From assembly GCA_028534125.1 (NCBI GenBank), contig CM052829.1, positions 3,472,001-3,536,000 on the forward strand: a DNA stretch of 64,000 bases, given 5' to 3'. A program made the position numbers and the translations under genes. Below the pieces are notes generated by a model. That model searched no databases. It saw only the letters and a list, made by a program, of their open reading frames with translations, and was not told where the DNA came from. This DNA comes from Lama glama. Lineage: Eukaryota. Of this stretch, positions 12,913 through 26,400 are shown piece by piece (positions within the stretch are counted from its first letter, which is position 1; every line of letters begins with the position of its first letter).

Positions 12913-13200
12913 TCAGTATCAGTTAATGTATGCTGAACTATAAACATTCCCCAAATGTCAACGTTTTAAACCAACAAATACTTATTTTTATTGTGCACGG
13001 CCAGTGCAGTTATTCCAAGACCCAGGGGGAAGCAGTCTCCCTTCCACGATTTTACAGGGAATAGAAGGGAGCTGTGACTAAGCATTCTCGTGTTTCTGAC
13101 ACTAGAAATGACACTAATTTGACCTTAATATCATGTTTGTATTTTATTATCCAAAGCAAGTCAGAGGACTATGTTTCTTCAAGACTGGTGGGGATGGAGA
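12913..13200 (-). mobile_element. Old MaLR LTR remnant (MLT1J/K-like)
   Basis: tatcagttaatgtatgctg...ccccaaatgtcaac...aacaaatacttattt; ccaaagcaagtcagagg. Confidence 0.45.
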
Positions 13201-13289
13201 GGCAGAGGGTTAGCAGAGGATGTGTGGACAGCGGTAAGATTTGCCCTTAGGTAAAAGCGCCAGACTGATTTCATTAGTGTCTGCGACTC

Positions 13290-14155
13290 TGCGGATTGGT
13301 GTCTTTCATCAGTTTAAAAAAAGTCTCCGTCCTTATCTCTCCTACTGACCACACCACATTTTCTACCTCAGCGTTCCTTTGGGAAATTCAAGTAGACTGT
13401 GTTTGATATTCTCATCTTCTCGTCCATATATTTTACTTATTATTTCCTATTTTCACCCTTTACCTGTATGCTGCATTATGGATAGTTTCTTTTGATGTAT
13501 TATCCTACCTACCAATGTCTTCCTCTGCTGTGTGTGTTTCCTGAAGCACATTCCTGGAGTTTCAGTTTCGGTTTTTGGAGTTTTTCATTCATAGGGGTTC
13601 TGTTGGGTTCTTCTGCAAGGCTGATAAGCCATTTTTAGTAGGTCTCAGGTTTTCACTTTATTGATTTCACTTTATTGCTTTCTTACTGTATTAGTAGAAA
13701 GCACTTAAGCTCTATTTCTTTAACCAGAGTAAGACAGTTGCTGTATCATATACGTCCCCAAATCCCCTTAGGTACAGGGTTTTGGTCTATTTTTTCGATG
13801 TATTTTTTTCTTACTCTTACTGAGAATATGGTGGATATGGAGGGCCACCCTTATCCACATTGATGTTTCTGTAACAGCTCCGTCAACAGCAGTAAAATGC
13901 ACTTTTTGGTGTCATAGTTAAACCACCTTACGGTGTATAAATGCTGCTGTCATTCCTCTTGGTGTTTCCTCTTCTGTGTTCACAGACCGTTGTCTTTTCT
14001 GCTTCACTGTTTTGTTTTTATTTTTGCTTTTGTTTGTTGGCTAAGGTCTTCTTTCAAGCAGTTTTATATGGGCAATATCCTCTAAATTTCTGCATACTGT
14101 TGAGTTTATGTTTTTGTCTTTCTATTCTGACAGTTGTAGATATGATCATTTGTGC
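13290..14155 (-). mobile_element. Ancient L1M ORF1/5' region remnants
   Basis: T-rich strand: gtgtctttcatcagttt, tcttcctctgctgtgt, ggagtttttcattccatag typical of antisense L1 ORF1. Confidence 0.5.
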
Positions 14156-14169
14156 TATAGGGAATCCTT

Positions 14170-14308
14170 AACAACTTTTTTAATTAAGCGCTTTTTTTTT
14201 TTTGGCTGGAGAGGTAATTAGTTTAGTTTTTTAGAGGAGGAAAGAGAGATTCAACCAAGGACCTCGTGCATGCCAAGCATGCGCTCTACCACTGAGTATA
14301 CCCTCTCC
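14170..14308 (-). mobile_element. Camelid tRNA-derived SINE (Vic-1 type)
   Basis: Minus strand ggagagggtatactcagtggtagagcgcatgcttggcatgcacgaggtccttggttgaatctc (A-box/B-box), aaactaattacctctcc, A-tail; TSD tatagggaatcctt (14156-14169) / tataggaatcctt (14310-14322). Confidence 0.85.
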
Positions 14309-15994
14309 TTATAGGAATCCTTTAGCAGAAGATGAATCTTTTATTTTTCTTGACCAAAAATGAGGAGATAATGAAGGAGAGAGCAATGGAAGACCTTTAT
14401 AGAGTCAACAAAACATTACTTCACATGAGAGTAAAACCATGCAAGGCAGGGAAACTCCAGCACTGGCTACGTGAGGCTGGCAGGTGCCTGCGCTCAGACA
14501 CAGGGGTGTGGATTTTTAACTTTGAGAAGCAGTGCCAGGAGAACTTTGAGATGTGCCACTTACAGAGCCAGAGCCGTTAAATTGTGAGCTTAATAAGAAC
14601 CATAAATAACAAAGATATGAGAGAAAATGTAATATAGACCTTTTTGGTTTTAGGATTGCTACGATATATTTAAATAATCCATAAAGTCAGCTATCATTTT
14701 CTCCAAGTAGCTCTACAAGCTTTGCCAGTTAATTATATAATTCTACTGAACTAAAGAAAACATGACTATCGCATGTGAGATACTGAAATGACCTGAGACA
14801 ATTTGCCTATCATAATATGTATTCTAATCAAGTTTCTTACCCGGAATATGTATTAACAAGAAATTACTTTCTCTTTGTTCAAATTTGTATTTGTGTCACT
14901 GGCTATTGAAGACTTTCTATAGAAACACCTTGCACGTAGATTCATGGGCAGCACGCACACACACATGCAGCCTCCATTGTTGCTGGTTTTCTTGTAGAAG
15001 CACTTCTAGGGGAGCGCCAAGCTGATGTGAATGTGGAAAGAATTACAGCAGGTGTAGCACACGGCCATTTAAATGAATGGTATTGCTCTCCATTTATCGT
15101 GCGCTGAAAAGCCCAAGAATCGTTGGCATTCTTGCTACTGGCTTTTTTTCTCTCAAAATCTGTTCTAGAAGATAGCAATTTGTTATGACAACCTGCTCTA
15201 TTCATCAGGACTAGAAAGAACCAGGCACTTGTCAGTACGCATTCTGAGCAGGGTGCTGGGTGCAGGCGGCATGCTGTGGCTGAGAGACAGGCTGCAAAGG
15301 CAACTTCCTGATGCATTAAGCACCGTGCAGCGTTCACACCTCTTCTTAAGAGAAAACTCAGGATGCAAGAAAACACTGCTTTTTACTGGACGCACGTATA
15401 GCCATCTTCTTCAGTACGTTAAACGCCCTGTTGTACTTTAGGAGGCATGAAACGTAAATGGCCGTGAAGCATCTGCACAAATGTTCAAACAAGTCCACCT
15501 CAGTTACGACGAGGGGCTGAGCTTTACCTAGATACAAGTTCAATGCAGCCTTACAGTCTATGTCATCCTGCAATTAACAATCACCATGAGTTAGCCACAG
15601 AAAGAGGGTTGTCCCTTCCAGAGGGCAGCTTGCTCCAGGCCTGTGTAAGTCTCCAAGACAGCTGACACCAGGTGTTAGCTTGATGTTCTAGGCTGCCTTG
15701 ATGACGACTTACTGAGAGGGTCCCCCCAAGCAGTAAGTGCTTTCGTGATCACTGCCCAGTGGGAAGAGCCATGTGAGAGGGAACGCCGCCTAGAAGGACA
15801 GCCAGCTGGGAGGGACATGGGATACTTCTCGTCGGCCAGGGCAAGGCAGGTGCACCTGAGCATCCCATCTACCCAGGTGAAGAGGGGACGCAATACTGCA
15901 AACAGCAGTTGCCCACTGTCTTTGCTTCTCTTCTGAACTGTTCCAGCTCTCAAGTTCACCAGTAACCATGCCCCATGGCCTTCAACACCATAAC

Positions 15995-16205
15995 AAATAA
16001 TAATGAGCTTTTATTCTGGTTTTACTGAGAGCCTGGCATGGTGCTAACCACTCCGGATATATCACATCACTAAGTCAAGTGAATCTATGAGACCAGAGTC
16101 CTGGCCTGAGACAAACTCCGTTCCAGAGACAGGGAAACTTTCATATCACAGAACACGTGTGGTCAGGAGCCAGACTCACCTCTCTTTCTGACCCTAAACC
16201 TCATT
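15995..16205 (-). mobile_element. MIR SINE
   Basis: taataatgagc...gcctggcatggtgctaa...cagggaaactttc..atcacag...ggagccagactc. Confidence 0.6.
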
Positions 16206-17089
16206 TCCCAAGTTACTGTCTCACATCGGGATTTGCTCCCATGTGCCGATTCCCAGTCTTCATTTTTAAATTTCAAAACCTGCCATAATGAAGTGCTTAT
16301 GAAATGGCATTTGAAAATGAAGGGCAGGAAAGAAGCTGGTCTGTAACCTGCCCTTTCTATCAGGGAACAAACAGGGTGAAAGGGGAAAAAAGTGACTAGG
16401 AAATCTCCTTTAGCAGGTTTACAGGCTAATCTGAATCCCTGAGAGCACTTCCCAGTGACAGGCGTGGAGAGTCCTCATCTACACAATGCTTCTAGCAGGT
16501 TATTCCAGGCCTACTTATATTTCCTATAGTAACCCAATATTACGGACTTATGGATTATGGATTTTATGACTTTATGGGGCATGACCCACCTAAAATATCA
16601 ATGACAGTATGAATTTATGAGGGCACAAAAATGGGGGTGTTTTACGCCCCAAACAGCACCCTTTGTGTAGGCGGTATCTCATCCAACATCATTTCGAGAT
16701 CTCACGGGTTCATCCCGAGTCAGAAAACACCTGCTGTGGAAAGGCCCACCTTGGGAGCTGCTGGGAGACTTCGTACTCCACTGGGTCTCATGGCTGTCCC
16801 CATCCTTTGATTCACAGGGACGCTGACACTGCTTGGGAATTCCAGTCCCTGTGAGTCTGATTTGACCATCTGACATGTTGTGTTATCCTAACGTCTAAGC
16901 AATTCTGTAATCTGACTTACGTTGCTAATGCTTTGGAAATGGGGTTATTCCCCTGTCTGGGAACTACCTAAAGGTGAAAAACAGGGTTTTGGGGATTCCT
17001 GAACGGGCAGACCAGGAACCTGCGGGCTGCCTCCAGCCGGGGCTCAGCTGCCCCTCTGGGCACACAGGGCGAACAGAGCTAAATGCTGG

Positions 17090-17260
17090 GTACTTGGAGT
17101 CAGATGACTTGCTTATGTTCTAGGTCAAGGCAATACGACTTCTAAAATATCAGTTTTCTTTCTGACAAATGGATGCAATCAAACCTGCTTCAGAGAGTCC
17201 AGATCTTTGAAACTTGAAAATGTTCCTGGGTCTGTGAGGTCTTCCGTTCCCTTCTAGTTT
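17090..17260 (+). mobile_element. MIR/MIR3 SINE remnant
   Basis: ttggagtcagatgac...tcagttttctttctgacaaatggatgcaat...cctgcttcagagag. Confidence 0.5.
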
Positions 17261-18279
17261 CAGGTACGTGCATGAGACTTCATTCTATTCCTGTGATGAA
17301 CACAGTTGATCGGAGGAGTTCTAAAGACCAGGCCAAGCCCTAGCCCCAGACCCAGGACACCTCACAGCACGGGCACCCATCTTCCCTCGGCCAGGACCTG
17401 GATTTGTGGCTTCATCCAACCAGTACCTGCACACTCATGTGCTCTCCTGGTTGGCCGAGCCCCTCTGCGGCCCCTTGGCCCCACTTCTAGCCACCACAGC
17501 GCCCCGAGCATCCTCGGTACCCACTTTCAGCATTCTCTCTCTCTGACTCTTCCTTTTCAACTTTTCTGCATCCTCCATCCCTCTGAAAACCCTGACACAC
17601 AAAAGATACAAAGAGTTTTATGACTGTTAACAACGTGATCAACACATTGACAAGTCCGCTTACTACTCCCGAGGATGAAGTCCAGCGGTTCTTACAAACA
17701 AGATGCCTGTTTCCTCTCCCTGTGAGGAAGGGCGGGGCTTCTCCTCCACCTCTCACCCACCCCACAGACTGCGTGCTCGGAAACAATAATAAATCCACAT
17801 TTAATTCTCAACCTCTCCCACCACTAGTGAGGTCTTTGAGAAGAAGCCATTCTCTATTTCCCAAACAACAGCTCTCTCACATTTTTCAAGATGGTTTCAC
17901 GGTACAGCAGGCAGAGGCAACACTTTGCATGAACTCATCTTCTACCAAGAGTTGCGTGCAGGCCTTGACCATGGGAAATAAGCTCCGTGGAGTCTCACCA
18001 GGTACAGAGAAAACTTCTAGTTGAATGACACCAATGCACCAACTTTATAGCAAATAGTGTTCTGTGAAAACAAGACCCTGGATGTATCAAAAGTTATACC
18101 AGAAAGCAATTTTAGCATGGTCAAATAGTTTGGAGGGTCCGCATAGGGATAAAGTCACAGCGTCCGTACAGTTGTACTACTAACAGCACATCAAAGTGTT
18201 GAGGTTGCGTGAAACAAGCCTCTTCAATTTTAACCTATATTTTTCTACACATTTGAAGCCGGACCACTTTTTGTTTAGA

Positions 18280-18480
18280 TCAGAGGCCAGCAGATGTTTT
18301 CCTTAAAGGACCAGATAATACCTGTTTTCAGTTTTGCTGGAAAAAGAAAACTGAGGCTATTGTTCAGGGGCTTTTAAACTATAATCATGTGAAAACATTA
18401 AAGAAAGGTTTCTCTCTTGCATCATTAAAGAAAGAGGTGGCCAGCTAAAGTGGGCCCACAGGCCAAAGCTCTCCAGCTTT
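18280..18480. mobile_element. MER58B/C-like hAT-Charlie MITE
   Basis: cagaggccagcagatgttttccttaaaggaccagataata...ggtggccagctaaagtgggcccacaggccaaag. Confidence 0.6.
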
Positions 18481-18969
18481 TGGTGGAGAGATTGTCCCTT
18501 GACGCATTGTAGCAGTTTTGGGGACAAGCCCTAGATACTTGTTAAGTATGTCTTCAGTCATGAAACTTGAGGATCTGATTCAAAAATTTTTCAAGTGTTA
18601 GGAAAATGCTTACACACATAACTGATTCTAATTTTTATGGTTGTTCATTTGACTTATAGTTGGAAAAATGACATAAATATTTCTCTACTTTCTTAAAATT
18701 ACATACTGTTTTTCAAATTATAAAGGATTGCATATAAAAGAATAAAAAAGGAAACAAATCCACAATTCAGAGATAAATATTCTTAACAATGTGTTATAGC
18801 TCTCGCAAAGCTTTCTAGTGCATATTTTAAATGCTAATATAGATGTCTTTGACAGTGCCTGCTCTGTGTACCTGAGGGTCTCAGTGTCTGTAATAACTGT
18901 GGAAGAATGGTCTACGTACAGGTTAGAAGGCCCTGCAATTTAGATCCAGTACGGTAACCCTGCCCTGTA

Positions 18970-19610
18970 GTGTACCAGTAATTGTGCATTTTAATGGATT
19001 TTTCACAAGTTTTAATTTTTTTCCTCTAAATTTCCATTAATCAAATAAGATGTGGGCCAGACAAATGAATGAATTGACACCAGTGTTCAGGGTGAAATCT
19101 CTTTTTGTGAAGCGTAACAGTTTGGTTAAATTAAATTCACTCAGTGCAAGATGCCATAGCTTGTGTTCTGTGTGAACTGAAATGTGCCATCAGCATGAAG
19201 AATTCCCAGTAAAGCAGCTGGTCACCCAGTTATGGTCATGGCTAGATTGTAAGGGAGCAGGCTGGTCTAATTTCTTTTTCATGAGCTAAGACTGAATTAA
19301 ACAAAGAAGAGAGTTCACGGTCACAGCTCCCTGTCACTAAGATCTTCTTTTCAATGCATTTTCATTTTGTTAAATGCAGTTCGCTTCATCGGGGCCACCT
19401 ACATGCCAGTGAGATCCTGCACACTCACAGAACTATCTTCTGAAGGTTTTTACTAATATGTTATGGAAATTGCAAATCTATATTGGGTTTCTCAGATTCA
19501 AAATCTATTTGAATAGTCAGTCACTTCAGTGCCTGTTGGTTACAAGAAAAACTGCACTTCTTGGCTGCCTGACAGGACAGGGTCAGCTGGTGATTTTACA
19601 TCCGTTGGTC
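18970..19610. promoter_or_regulatory. Candidate conserved non-coding enhancer (PBX-HOX + MEIS motifs)
   Basis: Repeat-free block; ccattaatca (=TGATTAATGG) 19034-19043; CTGTCA ~19331; TGACAG ~19570. Conservation not verified. Confidence 0.4.
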
Positions 19611-20825
19611 TAAAAATGGGCTATTGAAAAACTCTCTACATAAATGTCCCTGTGTGTCCAAAAATGAGGGAATAGAGCTAAGGGAAGAGAGACCAAATAG
19701 TGCCAAGAAGCTAAAACAGGCAAGGCTGCCAACAATATATTAAGCACAAATAACAAAGAAATATGGTGTGCAGTGCTCCGTCCTGCCAGCTTCGAGCCAG
19801 CTCCCAAATTTCTGTCAAACCCTAATGTTGGCAAAGGGGAAGAAACACACAGAACAGATTGAAAAGACCCTCTCGGCCAGTCTGCATTTCAGTAGAACAG
19901 AGGGAGAGTTAAGTAGGTCTGACAGAAAATAGCTTAGAAGGAGAATTCTAGTTAAAAGAAGAGAATAGTAGAGGGAAAAAAAAATAGAAGAAGAATATTG
20001 GGAGGAGTCCAGAGGCCGCTGGTATGAGGGTCTCGACTGTTTTCTGTCACTGCATTTCTAGCACTGACAGTTTATACTCAGCGCCTAAGCGCGAGAGGAT
20101 GCTGGCCACGGAACTTGGGGTTTTAGCACCAAGGAGCACCGGGCCTTCCTGTCAAATGGAATAAAGCCTCGGAGGTGACTGGAGGGAGTGGAGCGATGGG
20201 GGGCCATCGGCTTCTGCGGAGGCTGCTGCTTCCCACGGCGAGAGGGAGCGCCACCAGGTCCGTCAGACGCTGCTGAGCGCTCCCCGATGTGTGTGTCCAG
20301 ACAGGAGAGCAATTTCCAGGCTAGAGTTCATTTTCAGCTTTCATGCAGAGTCCACATTACAGGAAAATGACACCGTGTTTCTGTCAAATCAGTGGCTGAG
20401 GAACTGGAAGGAAAAGACGTGGCCTCATGTACTTTTAAAAGATGGGCTAATGGCTTGAGAATGTAGCAGTGGGTAATTTCTCTGTGCTTCCTTTGAATCC
20501 CAACAATAGGACTGAAACATTAACTCTCATTTGACGGCCAGTAATGGGACAGGTGTGCCAAAATGGTCCTGGTGACAGCAGCTGCATTTCATGCCTGTTT
20601 TATGCTGACATTCTTAGAGCCTGGGTCCTGGTTTCTGCGTCCAGACCCCATGTATCTAATATTTTGATAATTTGATCAAGATTGGTTAAGAAGACTGACC
20701 ATTGTACAGAAAAAAATTTAAATGTAGCTTCAGAGTGAAATTGGTGAAGATTTAGTGTAGCATCCACTGCTGCACCTGTGTGATTTGTAACTTCATTTGA
20801 ATTGTTTTTCTTTCAACCTCCCTGA

Positions 20826-21178
20826 ATGGCGTGGAGCAGGTGTTTGTGTTCCCCCCAAATTAATCTGTTGAAGTACAACCCCCGGGGTGATGATATCTGG
20901 AGGTGGGGCTTTTGCAAGTTTCTAAGGATGGGATCCTCATGAATGGGATTAGCACCCTTATAAAAAAGACCCGACACAGCCCCTCACGCCTTCCGCCACA
21001 TGAAGCCACAGACGACGAGCGCCTATGAACCGGGCAGCAGGCCCTCACCGGACAGTAGATCTGCGGGTGCCTTGCCCTTAGACTTCTCGCCCCCAGGACT
21101 GTGGAAAAATAACTTCCTGTTGCTGAAAAGCCACCCAGTGTCTGTATTCTGTTACAGCAGCCCAAGTGGACCAGGACA
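20826..21178 (+). mobile_element. MLT1A/MLT1A0-like MaLR solo LTR
   Basis: tgtttgtgttccccccaaattaatctgttgaag...cctcatgaatgggattagcacccttataaaa...gttacagcagcccaagtggaccaggaca. Confidence 0.85.
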
Positions 21179-21419
21179 CTGATTTAGTATTTTGGAACTT
21201 TTCAGTTATGATCCTTGTCTTAAAGTTCTTGAATACTTTCTGCAAAGAGGCCTTTGAGAACGTGGAAATAAGCATGAAGACGCCGAGGAAACAATGAGGG
21301 CACATGGGATAAAGCCAGCCAGCAGCTGACGGGCAGGAGGCGCCTGGGGGCTCCGGGAAGCGTTCGTGCAAACTGCAGCCCAGGTCGTCCTCCTTAATCG
21401 GAGTTTTTGCTTGAATTTT

Positions 21420-22340
21420 GCCTGTACAGCGCCCGTCCGTCATTTCCTGACCACCACCTCTAGTCCTCCGCGCCCTCAGCGCTGCCCCTGCGTTGGGTCC
21501 TGAACCACGTCATCAGGACCCCGGAGCCTCGGGGTCCTGACCGCGGCGTCGACCCCGCCGTTCTCTCAGGCCACCCCCTGCAGCCGTCACGGACCGCTGC
21601 GCCCTCGTCTGCCGCCACTTTCTCCCAGACCATCAGTTCTCTCCGGCTCCTCCTGGCCTGTCAGCCCCGGATGCGATGACTGTCATCTGAACGACCATTT
21701 CTCGGAAGCCTCCGCTTCCTCGCGTTCGTGCGGTAACTACCGTGCGAGACCCCAGCTTAGCGTCGTGTCGCCACCTGTGGTCTCTGTTCTGCTGAAGACA
21801 GTCCCACAACCACAGAAATCGGCCCGCTGCTCATAGCCACCGTGTGCCCGCCAGTCCCTGCGTGTCTGTGGCCGTAGGGCCCCTTCCCCCGGTCAGCGGC
21901 CAGCAGACTGGCGGCAGCATCCTTCTCAAGCCTCCTCGGCGCCGCTGAGCTACCTGATAGAGAACGTCAGGGCCGCTCTCTGCGAGCCACTACATCTCAG
22001 GGCCCAGGAAATACACCCCAAGCCACAGTCACCCACCACTGCCCCTCTCTCCATGCCCATGGTCTGGAACCACCTGCCCTCTCCCAATGTGCCCTAGGCC
22101 CCATATCACCTCTTTTCCTTAGGATGCTTCTCCAAGAAGCATCTGGCGTGTCTTTAGCTTCTTCCTGTCACTGAACCATCTCATGTGGCTTATGAACCTC
22201 TTCCTTGCCAATTCTAAGCATTCTCTTCCATCTCCACTTCAGCTGACCTCTTTGCAGCAAATGCCACTTTTGAACATCCCTCTTGGCTGCCATCTTGTCC
22301 CTCATCTTCCTTAGACCCTCGACTCTGGCCAGTTGCCCAC
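21420..22340 (+). mobile_element. L2 LINE remnant, locally GC/CpG-enriched
   Basis: ctgaccaccacctctagtcctcc, catccttctcaagcctcc, C/T-rich 3' part (ccctcgactctggccagttgcccaccat) resemble L2. Confidence 0.55.
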
Positions 22341-22949
22341 CATCTTCTTCTGTTCCTCCTTGTCTTTTTCCTTTCCTTCCTTCCTCCTCATGAAGAAATG
22401 TTGTCTGCCACCCCCCCTTCTCTTTTCATCCTACCCATCACTGGTGCCAAGTAGCTATATCACACTGTAGACAATCCCCACACTATGAAGGAGGGGAATA
22501 AAAGTGATTATACTTACACTGCTGTAAACCAATTTTCCTGCCCATAAAAATTAGTTAATAGAGCTTCATTCATTAGTTATGTTGATAAGCACATAGTGAC
22601 AATGAAACATGCAACATGACATACAATTGTCATATACAAACATTTCTTACAGCTTAAAATGCTATGTTATTAAATTATAAAAATATGAGTTATGTCAGTA
22701 TTTGAAAAGGTTTCAGTGTTGAAAATATATACACATAGCATATGAAAATGATGTAAATTAGACAATAACATAGCTATAATAAATATTAACAATCATGTAA
22801 TATAGAATTGTTCTTAATTCTCAAAATTTAGAAAACGTTTTAGGAAGATTTTAGCTAACTAACGCCTCAATTATAGGCAAGATAATTTCAAATACTGCTC
22901 ATTTTTTATTTTGAAACTGTAACGAGTGGTCACACGATATTATTTATCA

Positions 22950-23460
22950 GAGAATATGTGCACTATGTTTGATGAAGTATTGGTAATACTCATTTATAAA
23001 GGTTGCTTGCAAATCAATTAATAAATAAAACCACAAGAAAACTTGAACAGATAGTTCATAGGAAAACTATAATATAAAAATATAGACAGCCAGCGAGTGT
23101 AGAAAGAATCTCCATCCCAGGGATAATCGAGGACATGTCATCTAAAGCGATGAGATTATGAGGATGTTAGTGCTGAAAGTGTGCTAGCTTGGAAACAGGG
23201 ATGCGTAAGGCAGCATGTGCAGTGTGCGGACGCACCAGGCACATCTGGCCTTGCAATTATGCTTTTAAAAATATGTCCTCAGGAAAACGCAATGACGCAT
23301 GCAAAGACGCCCGTGCTGGGGGTGCTTACTGCAGCGCTGCTGGAAATAGTAAAGAAATGAAAACAACCTGTGCATTCAATTATAGTATTTTTCGAAACAT
23401 TAGGAAACTGCTGAAAATGTTATAGTAGAATATGGTATGGAAACATACTAGCAGTATATA
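22950..23460 (+). mobile_element. L1ME-type 3' remnant
   Basis: acttgaacagatagttcatagg...gaaagaatctccatccc...aaaacaacctgtgcattcaat. Confidence 0.55.
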
Positions 23461-26400
23461 TCTATGGGAGAAGTATTTCCAAGCTCTCTGCACCAGGCTT
23501 TTATTATTTATCAAATGAAAAAGTTACTAAACATTCCATTGATTTTAGAACTCTATCAAAGCCTCATATGTCTTCGATATGCCATTTTCCCAAATGAATT
23601 AGGTATTGCAATAAAGTGCCTTCCCATAACAATTTAGGCAATGAAATTCAGCTCAAAAAAACAGTGATGGTAATTTTTAAAATAAATATTTGGTCAATGT
23701 TTTTTCTTATAAAGTTAATTTATTTTAGGCAAGTGTTTGCAAAAGAATGAGATTATCTTTATGGAAAAGTCTTGGATACTATGAAACACTATTTAACGTT
23801 GGATATTTTTCTCAAAGTTAAAAATATAACTACTCAAAATATCACATACTTCTAATGTTCTCAGCTTTTATTTGATTGGTAACTATTTGATACACCCCAA
23901 TTCACAGAAAAAAATCCCATAGCAATGGTCTTTTCATTCTTTTGAATTTATTTGATGCTTTTTTATGTTGCATAGAATTACTATGGCAGGAAGAAGCAAT
24001 GTTCTAATGGAGCATGTGTGTTATGTTTTGTATTTTTGAACATTAACAGAATGGACAGATATAGTTAACAAGTCTGAAATATAAATGTAATAACTATTTT
24101 AGTAAATAAAATGCTAATTAATGTTTGGATGGGTGAAATTAGACATGTGATACAAATCTTAAGAGAAAGAATGTATAAAAAGATAATCTGATATGAACAT
24201 GTTTAAGTAAGAACATAATCATAATAAATAGTGGACTAATAATAATATTTTTAAAGTAATAGTTCCATCGTGTCAGAATGTGAAATAGGTAGGTACAGAA
24301 ACGATGCTGGTAAATCCATTTGCTATAACACATCAGGTGATTAGAAAGTTCAAATAGAAACTAAAGTTTGTAATAGGGTCATGACCAAGATGCTCATATA
24401 CCTTTATCATGATTCACTATCTATTATATACCTGTTACGTTTTGGACTCTCTTTTACACTCACACACACAGACACACACACTTCTTGTGAAAACTCTATA
24501 TAAAGTTTGTTGGTCAAATTTAGGCTTAGATTAATAGACTGAGCCAAAATCATACAGCAAGTGGAAGAGTTTCTTAAAAACTTATTAATTACATTGCACA
24601 TTTATCTATTATTTTAGAATTATGCTGAGCATACAGAAGGCACTCAATAAATGTATGTTGAAAGTACAAGTGAAAGATTGATGATTTTAATTTGCCCTTA
24701 TTTGGGGACAACCCTCACTGGGGTTGTTGGAAAACTGCTTATTTGCTTCAGATCCTAGGGAGCCCTAAGGAACAAAAGCATTAATGGGTAAAACTCCCCA
24801 AGGCTGAATGACATGTATTTCATCTTTCATTTTTCCATCTGGCCCTAGGGATCTAAAACATTAATTATAAATACTCCTGATTTATATATTTTTGGTTCCT
24901 AAAGATAGAATAATGACTCTTCTTTGTGAATCATAATTTAGGTTATTAATACAGTTTTCATACCTCCCTCAAAAGTTGCAAAAATTACTCAGAAATGGCA
25001 ACTTCTTCCATAAATCATTTCAAATATTTAAGTGAAAATAACCCCAAGATTGTAAAAATATTAAAAGAAGTTGAGTTACATGAAAAGTCATTGACTAATC
25101 ATTGATATTTTCAATCTTAATTTTTGGAAGAAAAACTTAACATTTGAAAAATAAAGGACTCAGTGAATATCAACAAGGCTCAATTTATTTAGATTTTTCT
25201 GAAGTTATAACATTTGCTCAGACTGACTGAAAGATAATTTGGGGAATGTAAAATGAGAATCCAGATCCAGAAAACAGAGCATGCAGAATATTAGCAATGT
25301 CCTTTCCTCCTGCTTGGCCCAAGATCTAGAGTGCTGGCAATGGATAGTTTGACTTAGAAAGAACTTTGGTCCAGAGAACTATTGCTTCACAAACATATCA
25401 CCACGTGTATGTAATGCACACAAGATTTGTTGTTTTAAGGCATCTGTCTACAACATACAGTCTACAACAGATTGAGCTGATTGGGTTTGCTGGCAGGTGT
25501 GAGAGAACGTCACTGCTCATCTTATGGTTGGCTTGACTAGTTTTCTGCTGGAATACATAGACAATATTCTCTTAATCTATTCCACACAGAGCACTGAAAA
25601 TCAAAACCTCTGAATTATTGCCTAATTGTTAGTATCTTCCTAATAGTGGTCATCTCCTGGGATTGGTTTATGATGAAACACTTGTTTGTCCTTCGCATGG
25701 AGACTGATGGAGGGCAGAAAAAGTCATTTCTGCTGTTTTCAAGGATTAGCCACTTGTTGAAGGGAGAGTTCGCAGATTTGAAAAATCAAATACTATAATA
25801 GGAAACAGCGTTTGATGAGAATATTCTTCTCTTTGGAGAGTCATTTTTGTTGCCATGTTCTATATAGCACAGAGATCAAATGACAGATTTGAGTACGTAT
25901 TAACAAGTCTCTGTGATTTATAAAGGGGGTATCTGCAAAAAAACGATCATTCAGATCTCGGTGAGATTTATTTTAGTTGCTTTGAGAAAACAGTGATCAA
26001 AATCTCTGTTTAAAATAGCTTTAGTATTTTTTCCTGTAACCAAGAAATCCATAAACAATGTTTGCCAAAAGACTGTGAGCTGTGATTTTGTGATTATGGT
26101 TTAAATAGTAAGAAAAATTTAAGTTAGAGAAGAACAAGCTAATACATTTTAAAATGGTGTTTGGAAAGCGGCACTTCCTAAGACAGCCTCTCTTTTAGTT
26201 CTCACTAAAAGGTGGGGGAGGGCACAGCACACAATGGGAGCTCAGAAAAACTCCTTAAACTTTGACCAACCTTAACCTGGACTCAGAATCCAGGAGAAAC
26301 TTCCTGTAACCCGAGTAAAGCTGGGCTGCTCTGTAGCCTCCCTCGGAAGGGGAGCACACCCAAAAGACGGTCAGTAGACACACCGTGGCCACACACACAG

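Noticed and set aside
14230-14308. tRNA-like sequence
   Set aside because: It is the head of a SINE with tail and TSD. The boxes are degenerate and no intact cloverleaf is present.
14942-15376. 144-aa minus-strand ORF
   Set aside because: No homology recognised. The region looks more like non-coding regulatory sequence.
15540-16950. Possible very old ERVL-type LTR fragments (also ~60350-60700)
   Set aside because: The texture is suggestive, but I could not match termini or a family with any confidence.
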